Part shown: positions 1 through 12,918 of the stretch, in pieces
Layout: each line of letters begins with the position of its first letter
Numbering within the stretch: position 1 is the first letter of the stretch
Source: Anaeramoeba ignava BMAN
Taxonomy: Eukaryota; Protista; Anaeramoebae
Reading direction: 5' to 3'
Length of the DNA: 64,000 nucleotides
NCBI GenBank assembly: GCA_028826165.1
Contig: JAPDFW010000133.1
Span: 1 to 64,000 of the forward strand
Made by a program: the position numbers and the translations under genes
The notes under the pieces: generated by a model
What the model saw: only the letters and a program-made list of their open reading frames with translations
The model's database searches: none
What the model was told of the DNA's origin: nothing

Positions 1-1930
1 ATTTAATATTTATACTCTTTAATATAATATTTTAATAATATTTTTATAGTCATTTGCTTCATTGTATATTTTATTCTAATATTTATATTATTATTTTTAA
101 TTAATATTTAAATTTCAATATTTATTTTATTTCAATTTAAGTCATTTAATTCTGGGTTACTATCATTTGGCTTTCAATATTTACCTACATTTGTTCTGGG
201 TCATACTATTTTAAATACTTCATTTCCAATATTTATTTTAATATTTATTTTTGAATATTTTTATTTAATATTTATTTAATATTTATTTTAATAATTATTT
301 TCATTTTATTTAAAATATTTCAATTTAATATTTATATTTATTTTATTACTATTTAAATACTATATTATTACTGGCTTGGGCATTTTATACAATATTTGCT
401 TTGAATTTACTTTAATATTTTTATATTAATATTTATTTTAATATTTGGCTTTAAATATTTAATTAATATTACTTTTTGTTTCATTTCAAATGAGTCATTT
501 ACCTCCCACATTTTAACATTTATTTTAATATTTATTTCATTATTTCAGTCATTTATTTTAATAATTATTTTTTAATATTTGGCTTCTTTCAATACTTATT
601 TCAATATATTTAATTTAATATTTATTTTTAATATTTTTATTTTAATATTAAGTTTTATATTTCAATATTTATTTTAATATTTATATTTAATATTTATTTA
701 AATATTTTACATTTGTTTTAATATTTTTGCCATATATTTTAATATTAAATTTTAATAATTTTATTACTTACTTTTGGCCATTTAATTTAATTTTAATTTA
801 ATGCTTAATTTAATATGCAATTTAATACTTATTTTAACATTTCCATTTTGTTAATTTTAATATTTATTTTAATATTTTATTTTATTTTGGGTATCATTTA
901 TATTTATATTTTTATTTGTTTTTAATATTTCATTTCTTATATTCATCTTTCAATATTCATTTTATTATTTTTATTTTAATATTTATTTTAATATTTATTT
1001 CATTTAATATTTAATTCTTACTAAATTTAAATATTTATTTTAATATTTAATTTTTTGGTAATATTTGAAATGAATATTTATTTTTAAATAGCTTTATTTT
1101 ATATTTGACTTTTAATATTTATTTTATTATTAATTTTTTGGTTAACAATCTTTATTTTATTATTTTTATGCCTTGGGTTTTTTATTTTAATATTTATTTT
1201 CAATATTTTATATTTCAATATTTAATTTAGTCATGGGTTTGGGCTGGTTCCTAGATATTTTATTTTGATTTTAATTTTATTATTTATTTCAATATTCATT
1301 TTAACATTTATTTTAATATTTATTTTAATATTTATATTTTATTTTTGGGATTATTTTCCTCCAATATTTATTTTATGTGATTATTTATTTTCATTTTAAT
1401 ACAATTTTTATATTTTATTTAATTTAATATTTATTTTGGCTTTTATATTTATTTTTTATTTTAACATTTATTTTTATTATATTTATTAGAAATATTTATT
1501 TTAATATTTATTTCATTATTTATTTTAATATTCTCATTCTTTAGGAATTTATTTCAATATCCATTTTTAATATTTATTTTTCTATTTATTTTAATAGTTT
1601 ATTTCTTCATTTCATTTGAATATTTATTTTAATATTTTGTTTTAATGTCATTTATTTTAATATTTGTTTCCTATTTAATTTAATATTTATTTTCCATATT
1701 TATTTTAATATTTAATTTAATATTTATTTTTCAATATTTTATATTTAATTTAAAATTTATTTTAATATTTTTAATATTTATTTTTAATTATTTTTCAATT
1801 TTATTATTTAATTTAATATTTATTTTAATATTTATTTAATATTTATTTAACATTTATTCAAATATTTATTTAATATACATTTCAATTTTATTTAATATTT
1901 ATTTTAATATTTTTATTTTATATTTTAATT
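1..1930. repeat. Degenerate ~12-bp A/T minisatellite (AATATTTATTTT)n, low-quality sequence
   Basis: Recurrent aatatttatttt units with scattered substitutions and indels; no ORFs. Confidence 0.7.
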
Positions 1931-2616
1931 ATAAAACTGTAAACAAATTTGTTTTACAAACATAAAATAGATTTTGTTTATAAAATGTAAAAATAAAATT
2001 TGTAAATAAATAAAAAATAAATTCTTCATTTGTTATAAAACAGCGGTATCAATAACCACAAACAAGTGTATGACTTGGATTATCATTTTTTTAAAAGTTT
2101 TGTAAGATCTGCTTCAGTTTCTACAAGATAAAGTTGACTGAAGAAGGTTTAAAAGGTGAAGTTGTTCAAAAATACTTGTTTTATCTAAAATTCTAAAAAG
2201 CTGCAAAAAGGTGAATATTATGGTATAAATTTCATCATCAAAATTAATTGTGTGCGAAGGTTTTATAAATTTTAAAATTATTATTAAAAATTAAAAATAT
2301 TTTAATGAAATTGAAAATTCAAATTTCATTTTTATATTTTTATTTAAAAGAAAAGAAAAAGGAAAAATGATTTTTATTTTTATTTTTGTTCCAAATTCTT
2401 TTCAAAAAGTAAAATCAAAAATAATTGAAACTAAAATTAAAATAATAATAAAAATTGTGAACAAACAATTAAAACTTTTTCTGTTTTTCTTTTTAAATAA
2501 AATGGAAGATAAAAATGGAAACTAAATAATTTAAAAAGCCTATTTTCTTGAAAACTAAAAATTAAAAATTTAATAATTAATAAAAATTTAATAAAAATTA
2601 ATTAATTATATTTTAC

Positions 2617-5600
2617 TCTTAAGATTTGGAAGAGATAAATATCGAGATACATTAGATTTCTTTTTCATCTTGATTTACAATAAAATATTCTTTTTGTGTA
2701 TTTTTCAATATTAGATGGTTTAAAATCAATTGAAATTCTGGGAAATCTTTGAAAAGGTTGAATTTTTGAATTTTTCTTGATTCCAATTTTTGGATCATTT
2801 GAAGGTGTAATTAATTGATTATTTTCTTTTTCTAAATTAGAATTAATTGCCATTTCAATTTTTGGTTATTAAAAGCTGAAAAAGTATTTGAAATTTTTGA
2901 TTATCAAAATTATCAAATTCAAAAAGTATCAATTAAATCATGGAAATGATTTGTAAATAAAGCTTTGTTTTGCATTTTCTTTTCTTCTCAATTTGTATTT
3001 CTCGAGATTCGGTGAATTTTCTTCGAGAAATTGTTTCACATTTGGTTTTGTAATTCTTTTTCGAACTTTTTCTTGTTGAATTTCTCTATTTTCATTTTCA
3101 TTTTTCATTTTCATTTTTGGTTATCATCTCTAATAATATTTTCGATTAAATTTGATTCTTCCATCTTTAAAGAATTTAATATAAAATTTAAAAATAAAAT
3201 TAATAAAAATTTAATATAAAATTTATAATAAAATTTATAATAAAATTTAATATAAAATTTAATATAAAAATTTAAAATAAAATTTAATATAAAATTTAAT
3301 ATAATATTTATAATAAAATTTATAATAAAATTTATAATAAAATTTAATGTAATATTTAATATAAAATTTATAATAAAATTTAATATAATATTTATAATAA
3401 AATTTATAATAAAATTTATAATAAAATTTAATGTAATATTTAAAATAAAATTTAATATAAAATTTAATATAATATATTTAATATAATATTTAATGTAATA
3501 TTTAATATATAATGTATTTAATATAATATTTAATGTGTAATATTTAATATAAAATTTAATATAAAATTTAATATAAATTTAATATAATATTTAATATAAA
3601 ATTTAATATAATATTTAATATAAAATTTATAATAAAATTTAATATAAAATTTAATATAAAATTTATAATAAAATTTAAAATAAAATTTAATATAAAATTT
3701 AATATAAAATTTAATATAAAATTTATAATAAAATTTAAAATAAAATTTATAATAATATTTAAAATAAAATTTAATATAAAATTTATAAAAGAATATCTAC
3801 TTTTGCTTGTATTGTCCAATCATAAAAATAATCATAAACATATCCTTCACGAATAAAAAGATCTCTAAAAAGGCTTCTTAAATAAGAATAATCAGGTGAT
3901 TCATTAAAATTTAAATCTCTTGTATATTTTAAATAAGTTGAAAATTCAACTAAAAAATAAATTAAAATATTATTTTATAAAGTTTCTTTCATTTCTATTT
4001 TTAAAGAAAAATACCTGGATATCCTTCACATAATTCTTCTATTGTTGTTGATATTTTCTTTTCAATTATTCTATCATATTTTTCTTTTTGATTTCCTGCT
4101 GGAAGACCTTGCCAAGGTAAATTTCCACGAAGAAGATAAAGTAGAACATATCCAACACTTTCTAAATCATCTCTTCGACTTTGTTCTAAAAATTAATCAA
4201 TTTTTAATTTCAATTTTAATTTCAATTTATATTTTAATTTTAATTTTAATTTTAATTTTGATTTTGATTTTAATTTTAATTTCAATTTTAATTTCAATTT
4301 TAATTTCAATTTTAATTTCAATTTTAATTTCAATTTTAATTTCAATTTATATTTTAATTTTAATTTTAATTTTAATTTTGATTTTGATTTTAATTTTAAT
4401 TTTAATTTTAATTTTAATTTTAATTTTAATTTTAATTTTAATTTTAATTTTAATTTTAATTTTAATTTTAATTTTAATTTTAATTTTAATTTTAATTTTA
4501 ATTTTAATTTTAATTTTAATTTTAATTTTAATTTTAATTTTAATTTTAATTTTAATTTTAATTTTAATTTTAATTTTAATTTTAATTTTAATTTTTAATG
4601 GGCTCGTCCCGGTGTCGACAAAAATTTAATCATCAAATAAACTTTCAATCCAACATGAAATTCAAAAATTAACATTATTGTCTTGAGAAGGAAACGAAAA
4701 AGAAATTTCGAAAAAAATCAAGAAAAAAAAATAAATAAAAAATCTTTTTTAAATTTTATAAAACATTTCTATTCAAAAGGATCTCATAACTTCACTTTAT
4801 TTTTGTTTTTAGAATTTTTCTTGAAATCTTCCAACTAAAAAGAATTGTCTTTATTTATTCTATTTTAATTTTTCTTTTATTTTTCTTTTATTTTTCTTTC
4901 ATTTTTCTTCTTTTTACAAACAACAAATTTTTTTTTTTGCTTTTTTCATATGAAATCAACACGAAATCAAAAAAAAAACGAATGAAAAACATCCTCAAAT
5001 AAGAATTTATCGACAAACGAAAGAAATTCTTGATAAACTTGGGGCACCAAATATAGGTTATCCAAAATTTATTAAATCTTTGCTCTTCTTCTTTCTTTCT
5101 AAAACAAAAACGCAACTCTTTTACAAGAATTGAATCAAAATGATAAATTCTCTCAGAATGTTATACCAAATTTGGATTTTCGTTCTTCAGAGAAAAGGGA
5201 TCTATATTCAGAAATAAGAAATTCTCATATCTTATCTCCCGATATGACTGGATTGTCTTTTTCACAATTTGAAGAAATTCTTTCCAAAATTGAAATTTAT
5301 CAACAAGAGCATCCTACTTCTTCCCAAAATCTTCTTTCTTCTCCATCTCAAATTCCTTCCCTTGATCTTCCAAATAAATTATTACTCACATTAACATGGT
5401 TAAGGCATTCTCTCACTTATCGCATCTTAGGAGCCATGTGGAAAATTGGAAAGAGTACAGTCGAAAGATATTTAAAAAAAATTGTTCCTTTATTAAGAGA
5501 AATTCTCAACAACCAAATTCACTGGTTAACAAGAGAAGAGAGGATAAGAGAAATTGAAAATGGCAATCAAGAAAAATCCCCAACTGTGTTAGTAATCGAT

Positions 5601-8495
5601 GGGACAGATCATCCCAGATTTCGGAATCTTTTGAAAGAAAAAAAATATCATTCTGTCAAAAGAGGACATTCTTTCTCTCAAATCTATTGTTGTGTGCAAT
5701 AGTAAGGGGGAAAATCATATTTTTCAAAACTGGATTCCAAGGGAGCATGCATGATTCCAAGGCAACAACAAAATCTGGACTTCTTGAACTATTGAAATCC
5801 CATAAAATTCTTGGAGATAAAGCATTTCCAGCTATATATTGTATTACACCCAAAAGAGAGTATAGAAACAAAAAGAATAACCATAAAAAATATAATTTTC
5901 ATATAAACCGCTATCGATGTATTATAGAAAATGTTTTCTCGATCTTGAAAAAATGGAAAATTTTGAAGGAAAAGGTTCAACTCAAGAAACAATTTCATAT
6001 TCAAGTAATCGAAGTGTGTGCACTTTTATATAATTTTAAATTAGGAAATGGATCTTTACGAAAAACATTTAGAGATGAAAAAGAATGGAAAAATGTGGAA
6101 ATTAAGCAAGAGAAGAGAAGAATAATTAACAAGCGGAAAAAAGAGGAAAGAATCAGAAAACAGAAGGAAAAAGAAGAAAAAGAGAAAAATAGAAATCAAA
6201 AGAGAAATCAAAAGAGAAATCAAAAGAGAAATCAAAGGAGAAACCAAAAGAGAAATCAAAATCAAAATGAAAATGAAAGTGAAAGTGAAAATGAAAATGA
6301 AAATAAAAAGAGAAATCAAAATAGAAATCAAAATAGAAATCAAAAGAGAAATAAAAAGAGAAATCAAAGTGAAAATCAAAATGAAAATGAAAATGAATAT
6401 CAAAGTGAAAATCAAAATGAAAATGAAAATGAATATCAAAGTGAAAATCAAAATGAAAATGAAAATGAATATCAAAGTGAAAATCAAAATGAAAATCAAA
6501 ATGAAAATCAAAATGAAAATCAAAATGAAAATGAAAATGAAAATGAAAATGAAAATCAAAATGAAAATCAAAGTGAAAATGAAAATGAAAATGAAAATGA
6601 AAATGAATATCAAAGTGAATATGAAAATGAATATGAATATCAAAATGAATATCAAAGTGAATATCAAAGTGAAAATGAAAATGAATATCAAAGTGAAAAT
6701 GAAAATGAATATCAAAGTGAAAATGAATATCAAAGTGAAAATGAATATCAAAGTGAAAATCAAAGTGAAAATGAAAATGAAAATGAATATCAAAGTGAAT
6801 ATGAAACTGAAAATGAAAATGAAAATGAATATCAAAGTGAATATGAAAATGAAAATGAAAATGAAAATGAATATCAAAGTGAATATCAAAATGAAAATCA
6901 AAATGAAAATCAAAATGAAAATCAAAATGAAAATCAAAATCAAAATCAAAATGAAAATCAAAATCAAAATCAAAATCAAAATCAAAATAAAAATCAAAAT
7001 CAAATTCAAAATCAAAATCAAAATGAAAGTGAAAGTGAAAATGAAAATGAAAATAAAAAGAGAAATCAAAATAGAAATCAAAAGAGAAATCAAAAGAGAA
7101 ATCAAAAGAGAAATCAAAAGAGAAATCAAAAGAGAAACCAAAATAATGAGAATACAACAATGATAAAAATTGATAATGGATTTATTTCCTGTTTAAAGAG
7201 GAGAAAAGTGGGGAAAAGAAAAGAGAAAATTGAAAAGAAAATCATTTTTGAGATGGATGATCGAATCAATGAGGAAGAAAAGAACACAGAGATTGCCAAA
7301 AAAGATTTTGTAGGAAAATTTATGGAAATAGAAGAGGTTTCAAGTATTGAGAAGAAAGAATCGAACTTTGATTACTCTCAAAAATGGGAAGTCACTAATG
7401 TAAGTGAATCCAAAAGAATTGAAAAAACTTATCCCAAATTTGGTTTTCGAGAATTGAGAAATTTCGGTAAAGGTTCAGCTCGAGAGGATCCTACTAAAGC
7501 TAATTTGCTCAATGAGATCAAAGGGTTGACTTTAGTAACACCAGTTGTAAATTTTGAAAAACTTGGGATTAATGAAGATTGGGAGTACAGAATAGACCTT
7601 CATGGCTTATTAGATTTTTTCAGATATAATGAATTCTCTGAATTCTTTTCTGTCTGAAAAATTATATCAAGGTCCTGAATTTTTTGAACTTCAATTTAAT
7701 CCCTTAATAGAATGTTTAGAAGGTATGCCTCCAAATTTAGAAGAAATTGATAATAAATTCACCATGGGATCGCAACTATGGGTTTTGCTTTTTGTGATTT
7801 GGTCTCAAAATCTATTTTCTTCTGTCATTTTATGGAAGTTTCTGGACTATTTTAAGCAAATCCCACAAATTCCTATTGAAGAATGTTGGATAAATTTCTT
7901 GATAAATTTTCACACGAGAGAGAAGACAATTTTGAAACAATATGCACAAGCTATGATAAATCAAAGCATGTTTCCATATCATATGATGAAATGTCATAGA
8001 GAATTCCAAAAGATGATAGATTTCTTCTTGAAATGCTCTGTGAGTGAACAACAATATATTCCTCTTATTTTCTATTATGATATGCATTATGTGGTGATTT
8101 TTCTACATTTTAATCAAAGAGAATTGTTAATATTCAACAGTAAATCAACGCTTTTTTCACGAATTCCCTATCAAATTGTAAAAAATCTCCAAAAGTTCAT
8201 CAAAAATTACTTAAATATGGATTTTGTGATTAAACAAATTTGGCATCATTGGAATCAGAGAGATGGAAATTCTTGTGGGATTTTTGTTCTTTTAATGTGT
8301 TGGGGTTGTTCTCAACTGAGATTAAATCCTTATCTTCTGGCTAATTGCTTGGAAATGAATATTGTTTATCGTTTCAGATATTTAATTCTCAAATTATTTT
8401 CTTTGAGTCAAAAAAAAAGAGATTTTATCTCAATTCGACAACTTGAAAATTTGTTGAAAAAAGGAATAAAGAGAAATTCCACTTTTTGGAAATGA

Positions 8496-8564
<69 letters not shown>

Positions 8565-10435
8565 AAAATTAATTAAAAAAAAATTAATTAAAAAAAAATT
8601 AATTAAAAAAAAATTAATTAAAAAATTGTTTAATTATTTTTTTTTATTTTTTTTTTCTGGCAAATGGGCCTGGGACAGGCCCAATTTTAATTTTAATTTT
8701 AATTTTAATTTTAATTTTAATTTTAATTTTAATTTTAATTTTAATTTTAATTTTAATTTTAATTTTAATTTTAATTTTAATTTTGATTTTGAATTTATAT
8801 TTTACCAATTCCTAAATGTGTATTAACTGATGCATATCTTGCTGTTCCTGTTAATTTTTTATTATCTCTATATATAATATGTTGATGAGTTCTTGCATCT
8901 CTAAATTTCTTTGCTAAACCAAAATCAATAACACTAATTTGATTTCCTTTTTTACCAGTTCCCATTAAAAAATTTTCAGGTTTAATATCTCGATGAATAA
9001 AACTTCTTGAGTGAATATATTCAATTCTGCAAAGCTTTAAATTTTAAATTTGATTTGAATTTAAATTATATTTAGATTTATATTTATAATTATATTTATA
9101 ATTATAATTATAATTATATTTATATTTATATTTATATTTATATTTATATTTATAATTATAATTATATTTATATTTATATTTATATTTATATTTATATTTA
9201 TATTTATATTTATATTTATATTTATATTTAAATTTATATTTATAATTATATTTATATTTATATTTATAATTATATTTATAATTATATTTATAATTATATT
9301 TATATTTATATTTATATTTATATTTATATTTTATATTTAGATTTATATTTATATTTATATTTATATTTATATTTATATTTTATATTTATATTTATATTTA
9401 TTTTTATTTATATTTATATTTATATTTATATTTATGTTTATATTTTATATTTTATATTTATATTTATAATTTATAATTATATTTATATTTATATTTTATA
9501 TATTTATATTTTATAATTATATTTATATTTATATTTTATAATTATATTTATATTTATATTTATATTTTATATTTATATTTTACTAGATTTTATATTTTAG
9601 ATTTATATTTAGATTTATATTTTATATTTATATTTTATATTTATATTTATATTTATATTTATAATTATATTTGTATTTATATTTATATTTATATTATTTA
9701 TATTTATATTTATATTTATATTTAAATTATATTTTATAATAATATTTATAATTTATATTTATATTTATAATTATATTTTTATTTATATTTAAATTTGATT
9801 TGAATTTAAATTATATTTATATTTATATTTATATTTATATTTATATTTATAATTAGATTTATATTTATATTTATATTTATATTTATAATTATATTTATAT
9901 TTATATTTATATTTATATTTATATTTATATTTATATTTATATTTATATTTATATTTATATTTATATTTATATTTATAAATTTGTAAAAAAAAATATTACT
10001 AATTGATCTGCAATCATTAAAACAGTTTTAAGAGAAAATCTTCTAGAACAAAAATTAAGTAAATCTTCCAAACTTGGACCTAATAAATCCATAACCATAA
10101 CATTATATCTTGTATCAATTCCAACCCATTTCACAGACGGAATCCCAACTCCTCCAGAAAGAATACGATATATTTTACTTTCATATATTAATTGTGGATG
10201 TTTTGTATTAATATTTTCCTATATAAATATTTGAAAGAATTTATATTTAAGTTTTTTTAAAAAAGATATTTTTATAAAATTTTTATTTATTTAATTTTTT
10301 TTTTACAAATTTTATTGCAACTTGTTCATGTGTAAATATATTTCTTGCTTGATAAATAATTCCAAAAGATCCTGCTCCAATTTTCTTTTCAATAACCCAT
10401 TTATGAGCAACTTTTGATTGTATTTTTGGATCCAT
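2617..10435 (-). CDS. CK1: Casein kinase I, multi-exon. Exons 10435-10307, 10218-10000, 9034-8806, 4185-4015, 3949-3801, then a C-terminal tail from 3164 to about 2617 (indel-ridden, 3' end uncertain)
   Basis: Manual splicing at GT-AG sites gives [12 protein letters not shown]...[22 protein letters not shown]...[13 protein letters not shown]...[38 protein letters not shown]...IDFGLAKK...[29 protein letters not shown]...LPWQGL/...PDYSYLR...YDW, which are canonical CK1 motifs. Confidence 0.95.
3170..3790. repeat. 12-bp tandem repeat (AATATAAAATTT)n filling CK1 intron 5
   Basis: Direct reading; source of spurious ORF 3568-3819. Confidence 0.85.
4201..4596. repeat. (ATTTTA)n microsatellite in CK1 intron 3, resuming at 8686-8785 on the far side of the transposon
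   Basis: Same hexamer array on both flanks of the element. Confidence 0.9.
4600..8682 (+). mobile_element. PHIS (PIF/Harbinger/IS5-like) DNA transposon family A, copy 1 (4083 bp), TSD AAT, inserted in CK1 intron 3
   Basis: Left end GGGCTCGTCCCGG (4600-4612); right end reverse complement GGGCCTGTCCCAG (8670-8682, 10/13 match); AAT at 4597-4599 and 8683-8685; near-identical inverted copy at 56149-60127; encodes a DDE transposase. Confidence 0.95.
5130..8495 (+). CDS. DDE_Tnp_4 transposase + N/Q/E low-complexity linker + C-terminal Ulp1/SENP-like (C48) protease; about 1100 aa when frameshifts are repaired; start codon unresolved
   Basis: [34 protein letters not shown]; DDE motifs [35 protein letters not shown]; C48-like [17 protein letters not shown]...LLIFNS...[13 protein letters not shown]. 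Frameshifts near 5570, 5690 and 7620-7650 are absent from copy 2. Confidence 0.85.
9060..9975. repeat. (TATATT)n microsatellite filling CK1 intron 2
   Basis: Direct reading; intron 9035-9999. Confidence 0.9.
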
Positions 10436-10574
10436 TTTTGAAAAAAAAAAATGAAAAAAAAAAAAATGAAAAAAAAAAATGAAAAAAAACATAAATTTGA
10501 CATTTACAAATTAAATAAAAAAAACAAAAAAAATAATTTAAATTTAAAAGGAAAATCCTTTTATTTTTTTTTAT

Positions 10575-12779
10575 TCATTTTTCAAGATTCATATTTTTCT
10601 CAACAAAATTCATTTTTAATTCTCTAATTTTTCGAGCAACTTCAATATCATTAAATTCCAAGAAATTATTTAAAAAATCAATAAAATGAGGTTTTGATAA
10701 TAAAATATTATTTGGATCAATTTCAAAAATTTTTTCTAAAGCAAACAATAAATTTAAAGCAATTCCAGAATCTTTAATTGAAAAAATAATTTCAAAGAAA
10801 TCAAAAATGATTTTATTTTGCAATTTTTCCTAATAAAAAATAAAAAATATAAATTTCATTTGTTTTTGTTTTTGTTTTTGTTTTTTTTTGACAATTAATA
10901 ACTTACAAAACTTGGTCATTTGTTCCTGTCAAAATTGAATTAATCACAATTGGAATTGCTTCAATTTGAACATGTGGATCATCTTTTTCTATAATTTGAT
11001 AAATAAAATCAAATGCATTTGATTGAAATAAAAAATCTACAATTTCACTATTAATTCCAACAATATTTGCTAAAATACAACAAGAAATTTGCCTATAAAA
11101 TTTGTTTTTGTTTTTTAATAAAAAAATTTTCCCTAAAAAGTAAAATTTTTTTTTTTTTTTTTTTACCGAATTTGTTGTAAATTATTTTCTAATAATTGAA
11201 CAAGAATTTCATGAATGTTTATATTTATAAGAGTTTGTATTTGATCTTGTTCACCAACTGAAATATTTGCTAATAATCTTAAAATTGGAATTTGAATTTC
11301 TGAATCTGGATGTCTAATAAAAGGAAAAAAATAAGAAATAAGAAAAAATAATTATTGATTAAAAATGAAAAATAAATATTAGATTTTTTTACATTATCAA
11401 TTCAAAAAGTCTATTCAGAATATTTTCATTCAAAATAAATTGTATTGTTTCTGAAGTATCAGATAAATAAACAAGAGCCATTGCTGAATCTTGGATAATT
11501 TGAGTATCATCATATAAAAGACTTCCACAAAATAAGGAAATAACTGATTGTAACTAATAAAAAATAATTTTAAAATTAAAATTAAATTTAAATTTAAATT
11601 TGATTTTTCTTTTAAAATAAAAAACAATTTCTACATTTGAAATATTTTGAAAATTATAAGTTTTGTTTATAAAACATCTAGAAAGAGCCCAAATACATTC
11701 ATGTGCTAATTCAATTCGAGCAGATTCCATATTTTTTATTGCTTCAATAAACCCAAGTTCAATAATTTGATCTCTAAAAGTGATTTTTTCTTGAGCAAGA
11801 TTACCAAGAATTGTAATAGCCTTTAATATTTTTTTTTATTCAAAATGAATTATTTTATAATAATTAATCCAAAAAAAAAATAAATATAAAATAATTCATT
11901 TAAAAATACTGATTGTTGAATCATTTCATCTGAATTGTTTAATTGATTTATAGAAACTGCACAAATTTGAGTTTCTTCTAAAGAGTTAATAAATTTTGTT
12001 TGATTTTGAATTTGATTTTGATTTTGATTTTGATTTTCATTTTGATTTTCATTATTTAAATATTTTCCAGTTCCGATTGAAATAATTAAACCTGCTTGAA
12101 GCTATTTTAATTTTAATTTTAATTTTTATTTTGAATTTAAATTTTAATTTTAATTTTAATTTTAATTTTAATTTTAATTTTATAAATAAATTTTTATTTA
12201 AATTTTAAATTTTAATTTTAATTTTGATTTTGATTTTAATTTTAATTTTAATTTTAATTTTAATTTTAATTTTAATTTTTAATTTTAATTTTAATTTTAA
12301 TTTTAATTTTTATTTTAATTTTAAATTTTATAAATAAATTTTAATTTAAATTTACTTGTTGAATTTGATCACCATTTTCAAAGCTATTAACAAGCATTTC
12401 AATAGGATTTTCTAATGAAAATAAAGATTCAAACCATTTAGAATTTATTGAATCTCTTGAATCAATTAAAAAAGGAAAATTTGATTGAATATCATTGATA
12501 TTAATTTCATTTAATCTATCAAGAATTAAAGATTCCATTGACTTAATAAATAATAAAAAAATTAATTAAAATTTTTAGTTAAATTTTTAATTGTTTTTGT
12601 TTTAAAAATAAATGTACGTTATCTTCTTTTGATTTTAGTTTTAAATTTCTTTTTTGCATTAATCGTTTTTCTTTTTTTTTTTTGCTCAATTCTTGTCCAA
12701 TTTTCATTCTTTTATCTTTTCTGTAACCAAAATTAATTTTCTTTTTAAAACCTGTTTTTCTTTTTTGTAAATTGAGCAT
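10575..12779 (-). CDS. Importin-alpha-like (IBB + ARM repeats), multi-exon
   Basis: Basic IBB-like N-terminus (RKTGFKKK...RKDKR...LSKKKKEKRLMQKRN); minus-strand exons translate to ARM-type segments AITILGNLAQEKITFRDQII, ECIWALSRC, IQIPILRLLANISVGEQDQIQ, ISCCILANIVG; final exon is ORF 10575-10823. Confidence 0.8.
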
Positions 12780-12918
12780 TCAAATCCATTTTTAAATTAT
12801 TTTTAAATTACAATAAAAATAAAGGAAAAAGAGGAAAAATTAAAAAGAGAAAAATGAAATTAAAAAGAAAATGAAAATTTTTATAGTTTTTCATTTTTCT
12901 TTTCTAATTTAAATTAAA

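Noticed and set aside
1930-2230. Possible coding fragment with higher GC
   Set aside because: No sustained reading frame or recognisable motif in error-rich sequence
4042-4629. Poly-IL ORF and similar ORFs (3568, 14709, 25233-26198, 27780, 27877, 42759)
   Set aside because: Translations of stop-free microsatellites in introns or intergenic DNA
6056-7163. Overlapping alternative-frame and antisense ORFs (poly-FH/FD, poly-IF, poly-MK), also at 52455-53211 and 57661-58672
   Set aside because: By-products of hexamer repeats in the transposase linkers
5560-7660. Programmed frameshifting or true pseudogenisation in the transposase
   Set aside because: The shifts fall in homopolymers and differ between the two copies; host genes show the same defect; assembly error is more likely
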